NCBI GenBank assembly: GCA_950097015.1
Contig: CATNEN010000002.1
Span: 1,178,001-1,242,000, forward strand
DNA length: 64,000 nucleotides
Reading direction: 5' to 3'
DNA from: Macrostomum hystrix
Taxonomy: Eukaryota > Animalia > Platyhelminthes
Shown: positions 12,595-24,700 of the stretch, piece by piece
How the letters are laid out: each line of letters starts with the position of its first letter
Position numbering within the stretch: the stretch's first letter is position 1
Made by a program: the position numbers and the translations under genes
Notes under the pieces: model-generated
The model's database searches: none
Told to the model about the DNA's origin: nothing
The model's input: the letters and a program-made list of their open reading frames with translations, nothing else

Positions 12595-14737
12595 TGCCTT
12601 GTCAGCTCGCGGAGTGGCCGGGCCCTGTCAGACAGGTTGCTGATGAAGCGCGCCACGAAGGTGACGAGGCCGAGGAAGGAGCGCACCTCGGTCGCGTTGG
12701 TCGGCCGCTTGAAGTTGTTGATGGCCGCTACTTTCTCGGCGCTTGGGTGAATGCCGCATGCAGAGAGCCGCATGGCGAGAAAGTCGACCTCTGGCCGGGC
12801 GAAGCGGCACTTCTTGGGGTTCAACGTGATGTTGCTGGCCTTCAACCGGGCCAGGCAGTCTCGCAGGCGCTGGTTGTGCTCTTCAATGTTTTTCGCGTAC
12901 ACCAGGATGTCGTCGTGCACCCAGCGGACGCCGGGGAGGCCGCTCAGGACGGAGGTCATCACCCGCTGGAGGATCTCGGAGGCGGATGTGAAGCCCATGC
13001 AGAGCCGGCGCAGCCGCAGGAGCCCGATGGGTGAGGAGAATGTTAGCAGTTCTCTGGACTCCTCGGCGACTTCAATTTGGTGGAAGTCTTTGGCGACGTC
13101 CAGCTCCGAGAAATAGGTCGCGCCGGCCATCTCGTCCGTCACCTCTTCGAATGTGGGTATAGGCTGCTTTTCTGGGATGACGTACTTGTTCACCTCACCT
13201 CACCAGGAGGTCCTGGGTGATGCGGACCTCGCCCTGCTCGGCCTTCGGAACTGCGACCATCCTGGAGCACCAGGTTGTTGGACCGCGCACTCGTTCGATG
13301 ATTCCTAGTGCCAGTTGATCTTCCAGCTCCTTGATTACAGCGTTCCTTAGGTGAACGGGCACTCGGGATGGCGGCTGGCAGACTGGAGTGGCATCTGGCC
13401 TGAGCCTGATAGTGACTCTGACTCCCTTCACGCATCCGATGCCTTGAAAGCAGTCGCTGAATTCCGCCAGGATTGTCTGAAGTTGCAGCTGCTTGGGCAG
13501 GTGCTGGTCCTCACTGCTGGCCGGCTTAGCTAGGCTGGCCACTACCGCAGAGTTCGTGCTGACTTCCGGTCCGACTCTCAGCATGCCGAGCTTTGTGCTG
13601 GACGATCTTCCGAGAATAGGTGTGCAGTTGCTGCTGATGAAGATGAAATTGGCCTGCAATTCGCGGTGGTTCGCTCTGACAGTGAGCGTTGTTTGGCCGG
13701 CTGTCTTCAGCGGCTCGCTGGCACCAAGCGCAAAGACTGTGGTGCTGGACGGCAAAAGCGGCGTGCCGGGCCGGCAGATTCTGTGGAACGTCGCCATGTC
13801 CAGCACGTTGCAGCTCGCTCCGCTGTCGATCAGTGTGCGGACCGGACTGCCGTTGATGCTGATGACGAACTTGGCGCTGTCGTACTTGTCGCTGAGCGTG
13901 CAGAACACCTCGTTGGGTGTTTGGTTGGCTGGCTGGTCCTGCTCGGGCTGCAGTGAGTTGATCTTCGAGCGGCTGCTGAGGCAGGCCTTGGCCAGATGGT
14001 TGGCCTTGCCGCAGCTGCTGCATCGCTTTGCCTTGCGCCCTGCTGCAGCTCTTGTGGCCCAACTCGCCGCACCGGATGCACTTTGCGAATTGCTGCGACT
14101 CACGCGAAGGTTCCGGCAGCGGGTGGTGCTGGCGGCGCAGTTGCGCCACTTCCTCAGAGGCTGCTGCTGTCCTGGTCATGATGGCCGCCTGCTTCTCTGC
14201 TGCCTCGTGCGTCCTGGCCAGCTGCAGAGTGTCCGGCAGGCTGATGTTGGGGATGTTCAGCAGGCGCTTCCTCAGTGACTCGCTGCGACAGCTGGCCACG
14301 ATTTGGTCCCTGATGAGCGACTGGCGGAGACCCTCGAACTTGCAGGCTTCCGAGGCGCTCCACAGTCTGCTGTGCCAAGCGTCTATGGATTCGCCTTCTT
14401 CCTGGAGACAGTGACGAAACTGGTATCGAATAAAGACAACGTTGTCGCGGCCTTGGAAGTGCGTGCTAAACTGTGCGATGAGCTGGTCGACCGTGGGCTC
14501 GGCTGCGGGCTCCCCTTCTGGTTGCTGCGACTGGGTGGCGATCTCGTTGTACAGGTCGCTCACTTCTTTGCCTGCCGTATAAAGAAGGATCTGGCGTTTC
14601 TGCGTCTCGTCTTTGATGCCGGTTGCCACCAGGAACCACAGAAGGTTGGTCGACCACTCCTGCCAGCGCTTGCTTACAGAGTGAGGGTCGTCTCTGATGC
14701 TAAAGTGGGCTGGTGGAGGCAGTTGTAGGAAGGCCAT
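12595..14737 (-). pseudogene. Disrupted gag-pol of the Gypsy element
   Basis: Frameshift between the two knuckles (~14035, GGCAAAGCGA), frameshift plus stop at ~13195 (GGTGA x3), and truncation after RT at PLRELT. Confidence 0.85.
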
Positions 14738-14758
14738 GGTTCGGCCTTGCGGCGCCAA

Positions 14759-14971
14759 TGTAATAACTCAAGAGTCAAGCTGTGTGTGGTGCGAAGAAAA
14801 GGTGAGCCCTCTAAGTAGGGCGAGACTGTATTTATGTTGTCTCAACGCTGTCTCAACGTGCCACCGCTACGATCAACGTGCGCGTGGGGGGATGCACATA
14901 GTGAGCGAGAGTTAGTGATATGTACATTGACCGGCAAAGCGATACGTCAGCTAGTAGACTACGGCATGACA
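14759..14971 (-). repeat. Single LTR (~213 bp)
   Basis: TG...CA termini, adjacent TGG-type PBS and an internal CATAAATA on the minus strand. Confidence 0.8.
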
Positions 14972-17900
14972 GGTACGGCATCAGCATCGACTCTTGGTAA
15001 GGAATCTGCATCGACTCTTGGTACTGTATAAGCATCGACTGCATCGACTCTTGGTACTGTATAAGCATCGACTGCATCGACTCTTGGTACTGTATAAGCA
15101 TCGACTGCATCGACTCTTGGTACTGTATAAGCATCGACTGCATCGACTCTTGGTACTGTATAAGCATCGACTGCATCGACTCTTGGTACTGTATAAGCAT
15201 CGACTACATCGACTCTTGGTACTGTAAAAGCATCGACTGCATCGACTCTTGGTACTGTATAAGCATCGACTGCATCGACTCTTGGTACTGTATAAGCATC
15301 GACTGCATCGACTCTTGGTACTGTATAAGCATCGACTCTTGGTACGGTATAAGCATCGACTCTTGGTACTGTATAAGCATCGACTCTTGGTACTGTATAA
15401 GCATCGACTGCATCGACTCTTGGTACTGTATAAGCATCGACTCTTGGTACTGTATAAGCATCGACTCTTGGCACTGTATAAGCATCGACTCTTGGTACTG
15501 TATAAGCATCGACTCTTGGTACTGTATAAGCATCGACTCTTGGTACGGTATAAGCATCGACTCTTGGTACTGTATAAGCATCGACTGCATCGACTCTTGG
15601 TACTGTATAAGCATCGACTCTTGGTACTGTATAAGCATCGACTCTTGGTACTGTATAAGCATCGACTCTTGGTACTGTATAAGCATCGACTCTTGGTACG
15701 GTATAAGCATCGACTCTTGGTACTGTATAAGCATCGACTGCATCGACTCTTGGTACTGTATAAGCATCGACTGCATCGACTCTTGGTACTGTATAAGCAT
15801 CGACTGCATCGACTCTTGGTACTGTATAAGCATCGACTCTTGGCACTGTATAAGCATCGACTCTTGGTACTGTATAAGCATCGACTCTTGGTACGGTATA
15901 AGCATCGACTCTTGGTACTGTATAAGCATCGACTCTTGGTACTGTATAAGCATCGACTCTTGGTACTGTATAAGCATCGACTCTTGGTACTGTATAAGCA
16001 TCGACTCTTGGTACTGTATAAGCATCGACTCTTGGTACTGTATAAGCATCGACTCTTGGTACGGTATAAGCATCGACTCTTGGTACTGTATAAGCATCGA
16101 CTCTTGGTACTGTATAAGCATCGACTCTTGGTACTGTATAAGCATCGACTCTTGGTACTGTATAAGCATCGACTGCATCGACTCTTGGTACTGTATAAGC
16201 ATCGACTCTTGGTACTGTATAAGCATCGACTCTTGGTACTGTATAAGCATCGACTGCATTGACTCTTTGTACTGTATAAGCATCGACTCTTGGTACGGTA
16301 TAAGCATCGACTGCATCGACTCTTGGTACTGTATAAGCATCGACTGCATTGACTCTTGGTACTGTATAAGCATCGACTCTTGGTACGGTATAAGCATCGA
16401 CTCTTGGTACTGTATAAGCATCGACTCTTGGTACTGTATAAGCATCGACTCTTGGTACTGTGTAAGCATCGACTCTTGGTACGGTATAAGCATCGACTCT
16501 TGGTACTGTATAAGCATCGACTGCATCGACTCTTGGTACTGTATAAGCATCGACTGCATCGACTCTTGGTACTGTATAAGCATCGACTGCATCGACTCTT
16601 GGTACTGTATAAGCATCGACTGCATCGACTCTTGGTACTGTATAAGCATCGACTCTTGGCACTGTATAAGCATCGACTCTTGGTACTGTATAAGCATCGA
16701 CTCTTGGTACTGTATAAGCATCGACTCTTGGTACTGTATAAGCATCGACTCTTGGCACTGTATAAGCATCGACTCTTGGTACTGTATAAGCATCGACTCT
16801 TGGTACTGTATAAGCATCGACTCTTGGTACTGTATAAGCATCGACTCTTGGTACTGTATAAGCATCGACTCTTGGTACTGTATAAGCATCGACTCTTGGT
16901 ACGGTATAAGCATCGACTCTTGGTACTGTATAAGCATCGACTCTTGGCACTGTATAAGCATCGACTGCATTGACTCTTGGTACTGTATAAGCATCGACTT
17001 TTGGTACGGAATAAGCATCGACTGCATCGACTCTTGGTACTGTATAAGCATCGACTGCATTGACTCTTGGTACTGTATAAGCATCGACTCTTGGTACGGT
17101 ATAAGCATCGACTCTTGGTACTGTATAAGCATCGACTCTTGGTACTGTATAAGCATCGACTCTTGGTACTGTATAAGCATCGACTCTTGGTACTGTATAA
17201 GCATCGACTCTTGGTACTGTATAAGCATCGACTCTTGGTACTGTATAAGCATCGACTCTTGGTACTGTATAAGCATCGACTCTTGGTACTGTATAAGCAT
17301 CGACTCTTGGTACTGTATAAGCATCGACTCTTGGTACTGTATAAGCATCGACTCTTGGTACTGTATAAGCATCGACTCTTGGTACTGTATAAGCATCGAC
17401 TCTTGGTACTGTATAAGCATCGACTCTTGGTACGGTATAAGCATCGACTCTTGGTACTGTATAAGCATCGACTCTTGGTACTGTATAAGCATCGACTCTT
17501 GGTACTGTATAAGCATCGACTCTTGGTACTGTATAAGCATCGACTCTTGGTACTGTATAAGCATCGACTCTTGGTACTGTATAAGCATCGACTCTTGGTA
17601 CTGTATAAGCATCGACTCTTGGTACTGTATAAGCATCGACTCTTGGTACGGTATAAGCATCGACTCTTGGTACTGTATAAGCATCGACTCTTGGTACTGT
17701 ATAAGCATCGACTGCATCGACTCTTGGTACTGTATAAGCATCGACTGCATCGACTCTTGGTACTGTATAAGCATCGACTGCATCGACTCTTGGTACTGTA
17801 TAAGCATCGACTGCATCGACTCTTGGTACTGTATAAGCATTGACTGCATGGACTCTTGGTACTGTATAAGCATCGACTCTTGGTACTGTATAAGCATCGA

Positions 17901-18215
17901 CTCTTGGTACTGTATAAGCATCGACTGCATCGACTCTTGGTACTGTATAAGCATCGACTGCATCGACTCTTGGTACTGTATAAGCATCGACTGCATCGAC
18001 TCTTGGTACTGTATAAGCATTGACTGCATGGACTCTTGGTACTGTATAAGCATCGACTGCATCGACTCTTGGTACTGTATAAGCATCGACTGCATCGACT
18101 CTTGGTACTGTATAAGCATCGACTGCATCGACTCTTGGTACTGTATAAGCATCGACTGCATCGACTCTTGGTACTGTATAAGCATTGACTGCATGGACTC
18201 TTGGTACGGCATCAG
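14972..18215. repeat. 24/33-bp satellite, right arm (CTGTATAAGCATCGACTCTTGGTA with or without 9-bp CTGCATCGA insert)
   Basis: About 3.2 kb of highly homogeneous array. It produces the spurious 650-1100 aa ORFs. Confidence 0.98.
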
Positions 18216-18829
18216 CTAAGGTTTTTTTGGCATTAGCATCAAGCAATTTTGATATTCGCAAGCATTTATTCAGCCCTTTGATAATTTAGTTAGAGCCTCG
18301 TAAGTTGTTCTCTAGGGTTCTGGTGATGTTATTTGAGTGTATTCTCACGTAGTAAAGCAAGGCGCACAGAATTACACCGTAAATTCCACAACACCGAGGT
18401 TTATGATTATTAAAAAATACCTGAGCTCACACTGCGAAGATTTCTACGACGAGTATTCTGCACTGCCTGCCAGACTTACCCAAACTGAGCATTGTCGATG
18501 GCATGCATCTGTTCAGATCTACCTCTCAATTTAATTAGCCAGTCGTAGACATTCCAAAATTGTACTTACCTACATCTGAGCGCGTATTGTGCGAAGGTGT
18601 GAAAGCTTTTAAAACGTTTGAACAAAAGCTCAGCTAAAAGGCAGTAAACCCTGGGTGTTCCACATTGTTCCACTTGTTTTGGTCCGAGCTATTAAAATTC
18701 AATAAACTGTAAGCGTCAAATAAAAAAACTGTTTCGAAATACGAGCTATAATGCTTCTTTTTAGAAAAAATCTGGTTAAGCAAGTTTAATTCGAAATAAA
18801 CTTGGCATATTCGAGAGCATAGAACTCTA

Positions 18830-19420
18830 GGATAGAAATCCCACAGCATCTCTCCAGAAATCCCACAGCCTCCCTTCAGAAATCCCACAGCCTCTCTCCA
18901 GAGATCCCCCGGCCCTTCTCCAGACATCACACAGCCCTTCTCCAGACATCCCACAGCCTCTCTCCAGACATCCCACAGCCTCTCTCCAGACATCCCACAG
19001 CCTCTCTCCAGACATCCCACAGCCTCTCTCCAGACATCCCACAGCCTCTCTCTAGACATCCCACAGCCTCTCTCCAGACATCCCACAGCCTCTCTCCAGA
19101 CATCCCACAGCCTCTCTCCAGACATCCCACAGCCTCTCTCCAGACATCCCACAGCCTATCTCCAGAAATCCCACAGCCTCTCTCCAGACATCCCACAGCC
19201 CTTCTCCAGACATCACACAGCCCTTCTCCAAACATCCCACAGCCTCTCTCCAGACATCCCACAGCCTCTCTCTAGACATCCCACAGCCTCTCTCCAGACA
19301 TCCCACAACCACCCTATAGAAATTCCATATCCTCTCTCCAGAAATCCCACAGCCTTTCTTCAGAAATCCCACAGCCTCTCCCTGGAAATCCCGCAGCCTC
19401 TCCCTGGAAATCCCCGATTT
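18830..19420. repeat. 22-bp minisatellite (CAGACATCCCACAGCCTCTCTC)
   Basis: About 25 tandem units. Confidence 0.95.
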
Positions 19421-21319
19421 TCTTTAAATATCCCATTTACTATGTTTACTTGTAATAATGTTTCGTGATTCTGACCAGCATTTTGACTGCATTAGAAAAA
19501 TACAATTACCTTCCAAATGAATTGAGTGTCCACTACAAGAAATTAAAGCATTTCGATTCGATAGTGAAACTGAGCGCTTCATCTTAATTTTAGTAGACTC
19601 GAGTAGACTCGTGCAGTTATTATTGCATAGTTGCTAGCCTTACTAACCAGCATGTATTTTCAAGTATCTAGCCATTGCTGGTGCTATCTGTATATAGCCT
19701 TGGTCTGGAATACATTGGACACCCCATTCGCGAGAAGTGACCCTTAAGAAAACTGAAGGTATTAATTTGGGGACAGCATTCAATGGAAGGAGATGCAGCC
19801 AGCTCAGTAGCTTGTTAGCCCATGTGCTTAACACACAATGCGAAGGATAAAATAGGAATGTCCATAGGAATGACACTCGGTCTAGGCCATTCGGTTAAGT
19901 TGATGATTCACCTTACAAACAGCTCAGACCACTCTACCTTATAAAGAGAAGCGAGACCAACCAACCCCTATAACAGACAGAAAAGCTTTTGTTAGTATTC
20001 TACGAGTACATTGTTTAAGGCTATATTGAAGATGGCTATTAGTGGAACTGGCGAAGGAGTATGAGCTAGAATGGTTGTGAACTGCCATTGGTTGGAATTG
20101 GCATAGCTATTGCTATAGCTTTCGTTCTCGGAGTGAGGTGGGGCCAGTGTAGACTAGTAAATACAAACCATTCCTATAGCATTTATTACAGTGTGCAGTT
20201 TTCTGAATATAAACTCTTTTAAATGGTTCAGACAAAAGCAAGTCTTCACATTGGCTAAGTTTGTCGCATATCAATATACACTGTTTGTTAATTAACAGCC
20301 TGTGACAAGCTTTTCGGCATAGTGTGACCAGCGAAAGGCAAAGGATACGAGGTAATTTTTTAAACTTCATTTTGAATTGAATAATCGTAGTCAAGAAAAT
20401 AGAAAACTTTTTTGACTAAATAAAATATCATTCAATTTAATTGAAGGCTTGAGCAATATTTTAGTGTAGATTTGCAAGTCCTGATTGCATAATCTACGAC
20501 AGGTCAATCTGCCTGCCTTTTCTCAATATCTCAACGATGCTCAGCGATATACCGTACCGCACTTATTGGTTCATCATAAAGTGCAGAAAATGTTTATCCA
20601 CATTGTGGAAATTCACGCGAAATCGGTCATTCGGTTTTGGAGCTGTCGTGAAGTGGGCAGCGGGTATTTGGAATAGTGTGGCCTGTCTTCTATTAAAGTA
20701 AGAAATATTCAACACCTGTATTGCGTAAATCGCCATTGACCTGACCAAGGCTACAGGTAATTTCTCGAAGAACTGGCCCGTTGTCTCAAAAATAGGTCTT
20801 AAAAACTGTATACAGCTTAAATCTTGCTAGGTTAATTGTGCACTGCATTTTTAATTGGCTCATGGTCTGCAACACAGATATTCGTGTCGTTTCAGCTCAA
20901 CTGAGATCTGTGAGGGTGACTCACATTGATAGAAGCCTTTGTATTGAATTTACCCAGTCCATAAGACTAGGCCAAGTTGTGTGCAAAAGCGATAGGCTCA
21001 AGTTACGTTTTTCACGCAAAGGACGGAAATTCAGCACTCAGATAATTGTGCGCTTATGCAATCCATGCCAGTGTTTGCCGCTGACATTGTGCCTGTTCCG
21101 GATTCGAAGGTGTGAGAAAAAAAAAGCCTACCAATTGTCTACATTAGACGTTTAGCTTATGTGTTTTGTATGCACACATATTATGTGTTTTGAGTTACAT
21201 TAGAAAGTAAAAGCAACATGCACATCCCTGATATCTGACCGAGAGGTTTGGAGTTCGAATTTTTTTCTACATCGTCTTTGCGAGAGCTCCCAAACTGAAA
21301 GACGGATCTCGTGAAAGTC

Positions 21320-21525
21320 AACAATATGGACCCACAACTAGGGTTTAGCAAGACACTTAACTCCGCATTGCTTCAATTCATGCTGTTAAACGGGTACCAG
21401 CATCAGCTGGGGTAATTGAATGTGGGTGTGACGTTCCCCCAGTCCATGGACTGTACAGCCGTACGCAGCCTTCAGATAGCTCCGGCTGTGCTGTCAGCTG
21501 CACATCGGGTCCAATCGGGGCATGT
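21320..21525 (+). mobile_element. SINE family A copy (body and 3' end)
   Basis: ttagcaagacacttaactccgcattgc...gggtaccagcatcagc...CAGTCCATGGACTG (21440-21453). Confidence 0.7.
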
Positions 21526-21707
21526 GTAGTTAGTATTATTTTTATTACCATATGGATCAAAATTTTCCATTACGGTGAACCAACTGGTTTAATTTTATGA
21601 TGATAATAAATACAATCAATATAATATAGTCAACAGTGATACACGACATGGTTACATGTTCTTTCTATTGTTAATCAAGATGCCCAATATTTTCCTTTGA
21701 ATCAGAC

Positions 21708-24700
21708 ATGATCAGTGACCTGCTTCTGGTGCTGCTGTTTGCGAGCCTCCGTAATCCAGCAGCTCGCGCCTACGTCATGGAGCAAGTTGAGAGCCGGCCC
21801 ATCGATGGTCACCAGTTTGTCGAGGGCAGCCAGTTTCGCTTCGTCTGTCGCGCTGTGGGCAGCTCGGACCTTGCCATTCGCATGGTCTGTCCGCTGACAA
21901 AGTTCGCGCCCAGTTCAATAGTAGCCGATGCCTGCTTTGAGAACTGCGGCAGGCCGTTGTGCAACCAGCCGGGACTGCACGACTGTTCAACCTCAATGAG
22001 GGAGCTCAACCAGGCCGGGTGCGTGCGCACCGTGAGCCAGCTGATTGACGGATCACAGGAGATTGTCATCCAGTACACCTTCCCTGAGACGTCCGCCCGC
22101 ATGTCCGGATTCTACGCCTGTCAGTACAAGAACATGCGGTCAAGCGTTGCGCTGACTGTCGAAGCAACCACAACTACATCTTCAACGTCTACTACAACGG
22201 CTACTACTACCAGTACTGTCACGACTAGTAGTAGTACGAGCACTACCAAAGCTAGTACAGTCCCACCCAGGACCACGGCCAAAATTTTGATGCCAGCCAC
22301 TACCAAACTGAAAACCAATGCTGCATCAACTGAACCCACTGCTGTGAGACGCTGGGGGCAGACAACACAACCGGTTCCTCCTGGCAACGGTGAGTTCTGC
22401 ATCTGATGTAAAATGTTCGTCATCGAAGAACAACGTAAAGGGCAAGTCGCTGAAGTCAAATGCACAGTTGGCGTGAGTTTCATTGTACATCAGAAGTATC
22501 TAGATTAACTTGGAAAGTGTGCCAAAGTCCAAAAAAACTCAAGTTTAGCAAAACAGTTTGTATATACGACGACTGCAAATTTACCTGAAAAGTTAATTGG
22601 TGCTTTTGAAAACGCGATCCTGACTGTATCCAGTTTCTAAAGTTATTTTTACTTTTTTCGCATTGCCTTAAGTCGAACAACTCTTTACGAGTATAGCACT
22701 AATTAGGTGGCGATTAAGCAAGCCAAACTGATACGCAAGTTTTGTTAATCAATGTATCAAATGGGCATGACAACAACGATTTAAAAAATTGCTTACTAAA
22801 CTGTAAACAATTTCAGAACGTTTTTCAGGCTCCGGTTCCAACTCGAATCGTGACAGAACTGGTGAATCATCAACTGCTGCACAACCTCCGGCTGATTCTG
22901 AATCGGAGTTGAAGACTAGCTCATGGTTCTACAGTTCATTGGGTAAGTTACTGATGAGAACATAACTCAAGTATTTGTACTTGTGACAAGTAGGACAAAA
23001 ATGAACCTGGACAATCTCCTCATGATTTTTTAGTTGGAAAACTGGTTGGCATCGACATTGTACTAATGGTGTTGTTCATTGTACTGGTCATTGTTCTTCT
23101 GGCTGGCTTCTTGTTTATTCGTTGTCAAGTGGCTGCTAGGCAGCGATCTGCGAGAGAGACTGGTAAGATGATCAGCTGCTTGGCTTGACGATGGTGATGG
23201 CTGGGTAGTGGGTGAAGGCTGGGTAGTGGGTGAAGGCTGGGTAGTGGGTGATGGCTGGGTAGTGGATGAAGGCTGGGTAGGTGATGGCTGGGTAGTGGGT
23301 GATGGTTTGGGTAGTGAGTGAAGGCTGGGTAGTAGGTGATGGTTTGGGTAGTGAGTGATGGCTGGGTAGGTGATGGCTGGGTAGTGGGTGATGGTTTGGG
23401 TAGTGGGTGATGGTTTGGGTAGTGGGTGATGGTTTGGGTAGTGGGTGATGGTTTGGGTAGTGGGTGATGGTTTGGGTAGTGGGTGATGGTTTGGGTAGTG
23501 AGTGATGGCTGGGTAGGTGAAGGCTGGGTAGTGGGTGATGGTTTGGGTAGCGAGTGATGACTGGGTAGGTGATGGCTGGGTAGTGGGTGATGGTTTGGGT
23601 AGTGGGTGATGGTTTGGGTAGTGGGTGAAAGCTGGGTAGGCTGGGTAGTGGGTGATGGTTTGGGTAGTGAGTGATGGCTGGTTAGGTGATGGCTGGGTAG
23701 TGGGTGATGGCTGGGTAGTGGGTGATGGCTGGGTAGTGGGTGATGGTTTTGGGTAGTGGGTGATGGCTGGGTAGTGGGTGATGGCTGGGTAGTGGGTGAA
23801 GGCTGGGTAGGCTGGGTAGTGGGTGATGGTTTGGGTAGTGAGTGATGGCTGGGTAGGTGATGGCTGGGTAGTGGGTGATGCCTGGGTAGTGGGTGATGGT
23901 TTGGGTAGTGGGTGATGGCTGGGTAGGTGATGGCTGGGTAGTGGGTGATGGTTTGTGTAGTGGGTGATGGTTTGTGTAGTGGGTGATGGTTTGTGTAGAG
24001 GGTGATGATTTGAGCAGTGGTCGCTTGTTTTGGTCAGTCAGGTTCATATAAGGACAGTTTTACCTGAATTCCCAACCGACACGGCCTCAAATAGGTCCTG
24101 AAAAGCCGCCTCTTCACCAATGTTGCGCCAAAGTTTTGTGCATCAGCGTTGATAGCGAGGCCGGCGGAGGCGGCACAACGAAGACAAACCATCAGTACGG
24201 TCAGAAGCGGTCACAGTTCAACAGCGATCAGAAACAGAAGCCACACCAGCGGCTGTTGAAGGCGCCGCCAATCGTTCAGCCATTCTCCAATGGCTCTGAC
24301 ACAGCCAGCGGTCAGGTCTACTCCGAGGCCAACCTGGACTCCAGCTACTACAGCCAGGGCGATGGCAGCGATGTCCGTGACATCGCCGCTGAGTACCGCC
24401 TGCAGACGCACTTCGACCCCTCCGACGCCAGGGCCTACCCGATCGTCAGCGGCTCGCAGCGAGGTCCTCCTCGCCTGGGACCGGGCGCTGCGGGCGGATT
24501 TTTTAATCGAGACGCACCGGACAGGCATTCGTTTCACAATGTGCGACAGTCCAGACAGAGGCCCGCTATACCGGTGGACCTTCTATTGCAGGCTGGCGGA
24601 GGCGGCGCCCGCTCTGCCGCGGGTTGCGAACTAAGTCGCGAAGAGATCAGAGACCAGGTCAGTTATCGGGCTGTAGACTGTGTGTGAATGATTAGGCTGG

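Larger units (their letters stand above)
12595..14971 (-). mobile_element. Ty3/Gypsy LTR retrotransposon, 3'-truncated (5' LTR, PBS, gag, protease, RT; no RNase H, integrase or 3' LTR)
   Basis: LTR 14971-14759 (TGTCATG...TTATTACA), PBS TGGCGCCGCAAG immediately after, gag ATG at 14737. Zinc knuckles CIRCGELGH and CSSCGKANHLAKAC, protease LIDSGASCN, RT motifs FSELDVAKDFHQI, GFTSASEILQR and WVHDDILVY. Protease-then-RT order fits Ty3/Gypsy. Confidence 0.92.

Noticed and set aside
11618-18261. Giant ORFs of 650-1100 aa and a CRISPR-like look of the 24-bp array
   Set aside because: The unit length is a multiple of 3 and lacks stops in several frames on both strands. There are no unique spacers and no cas genes, and the context is eukaryotic.
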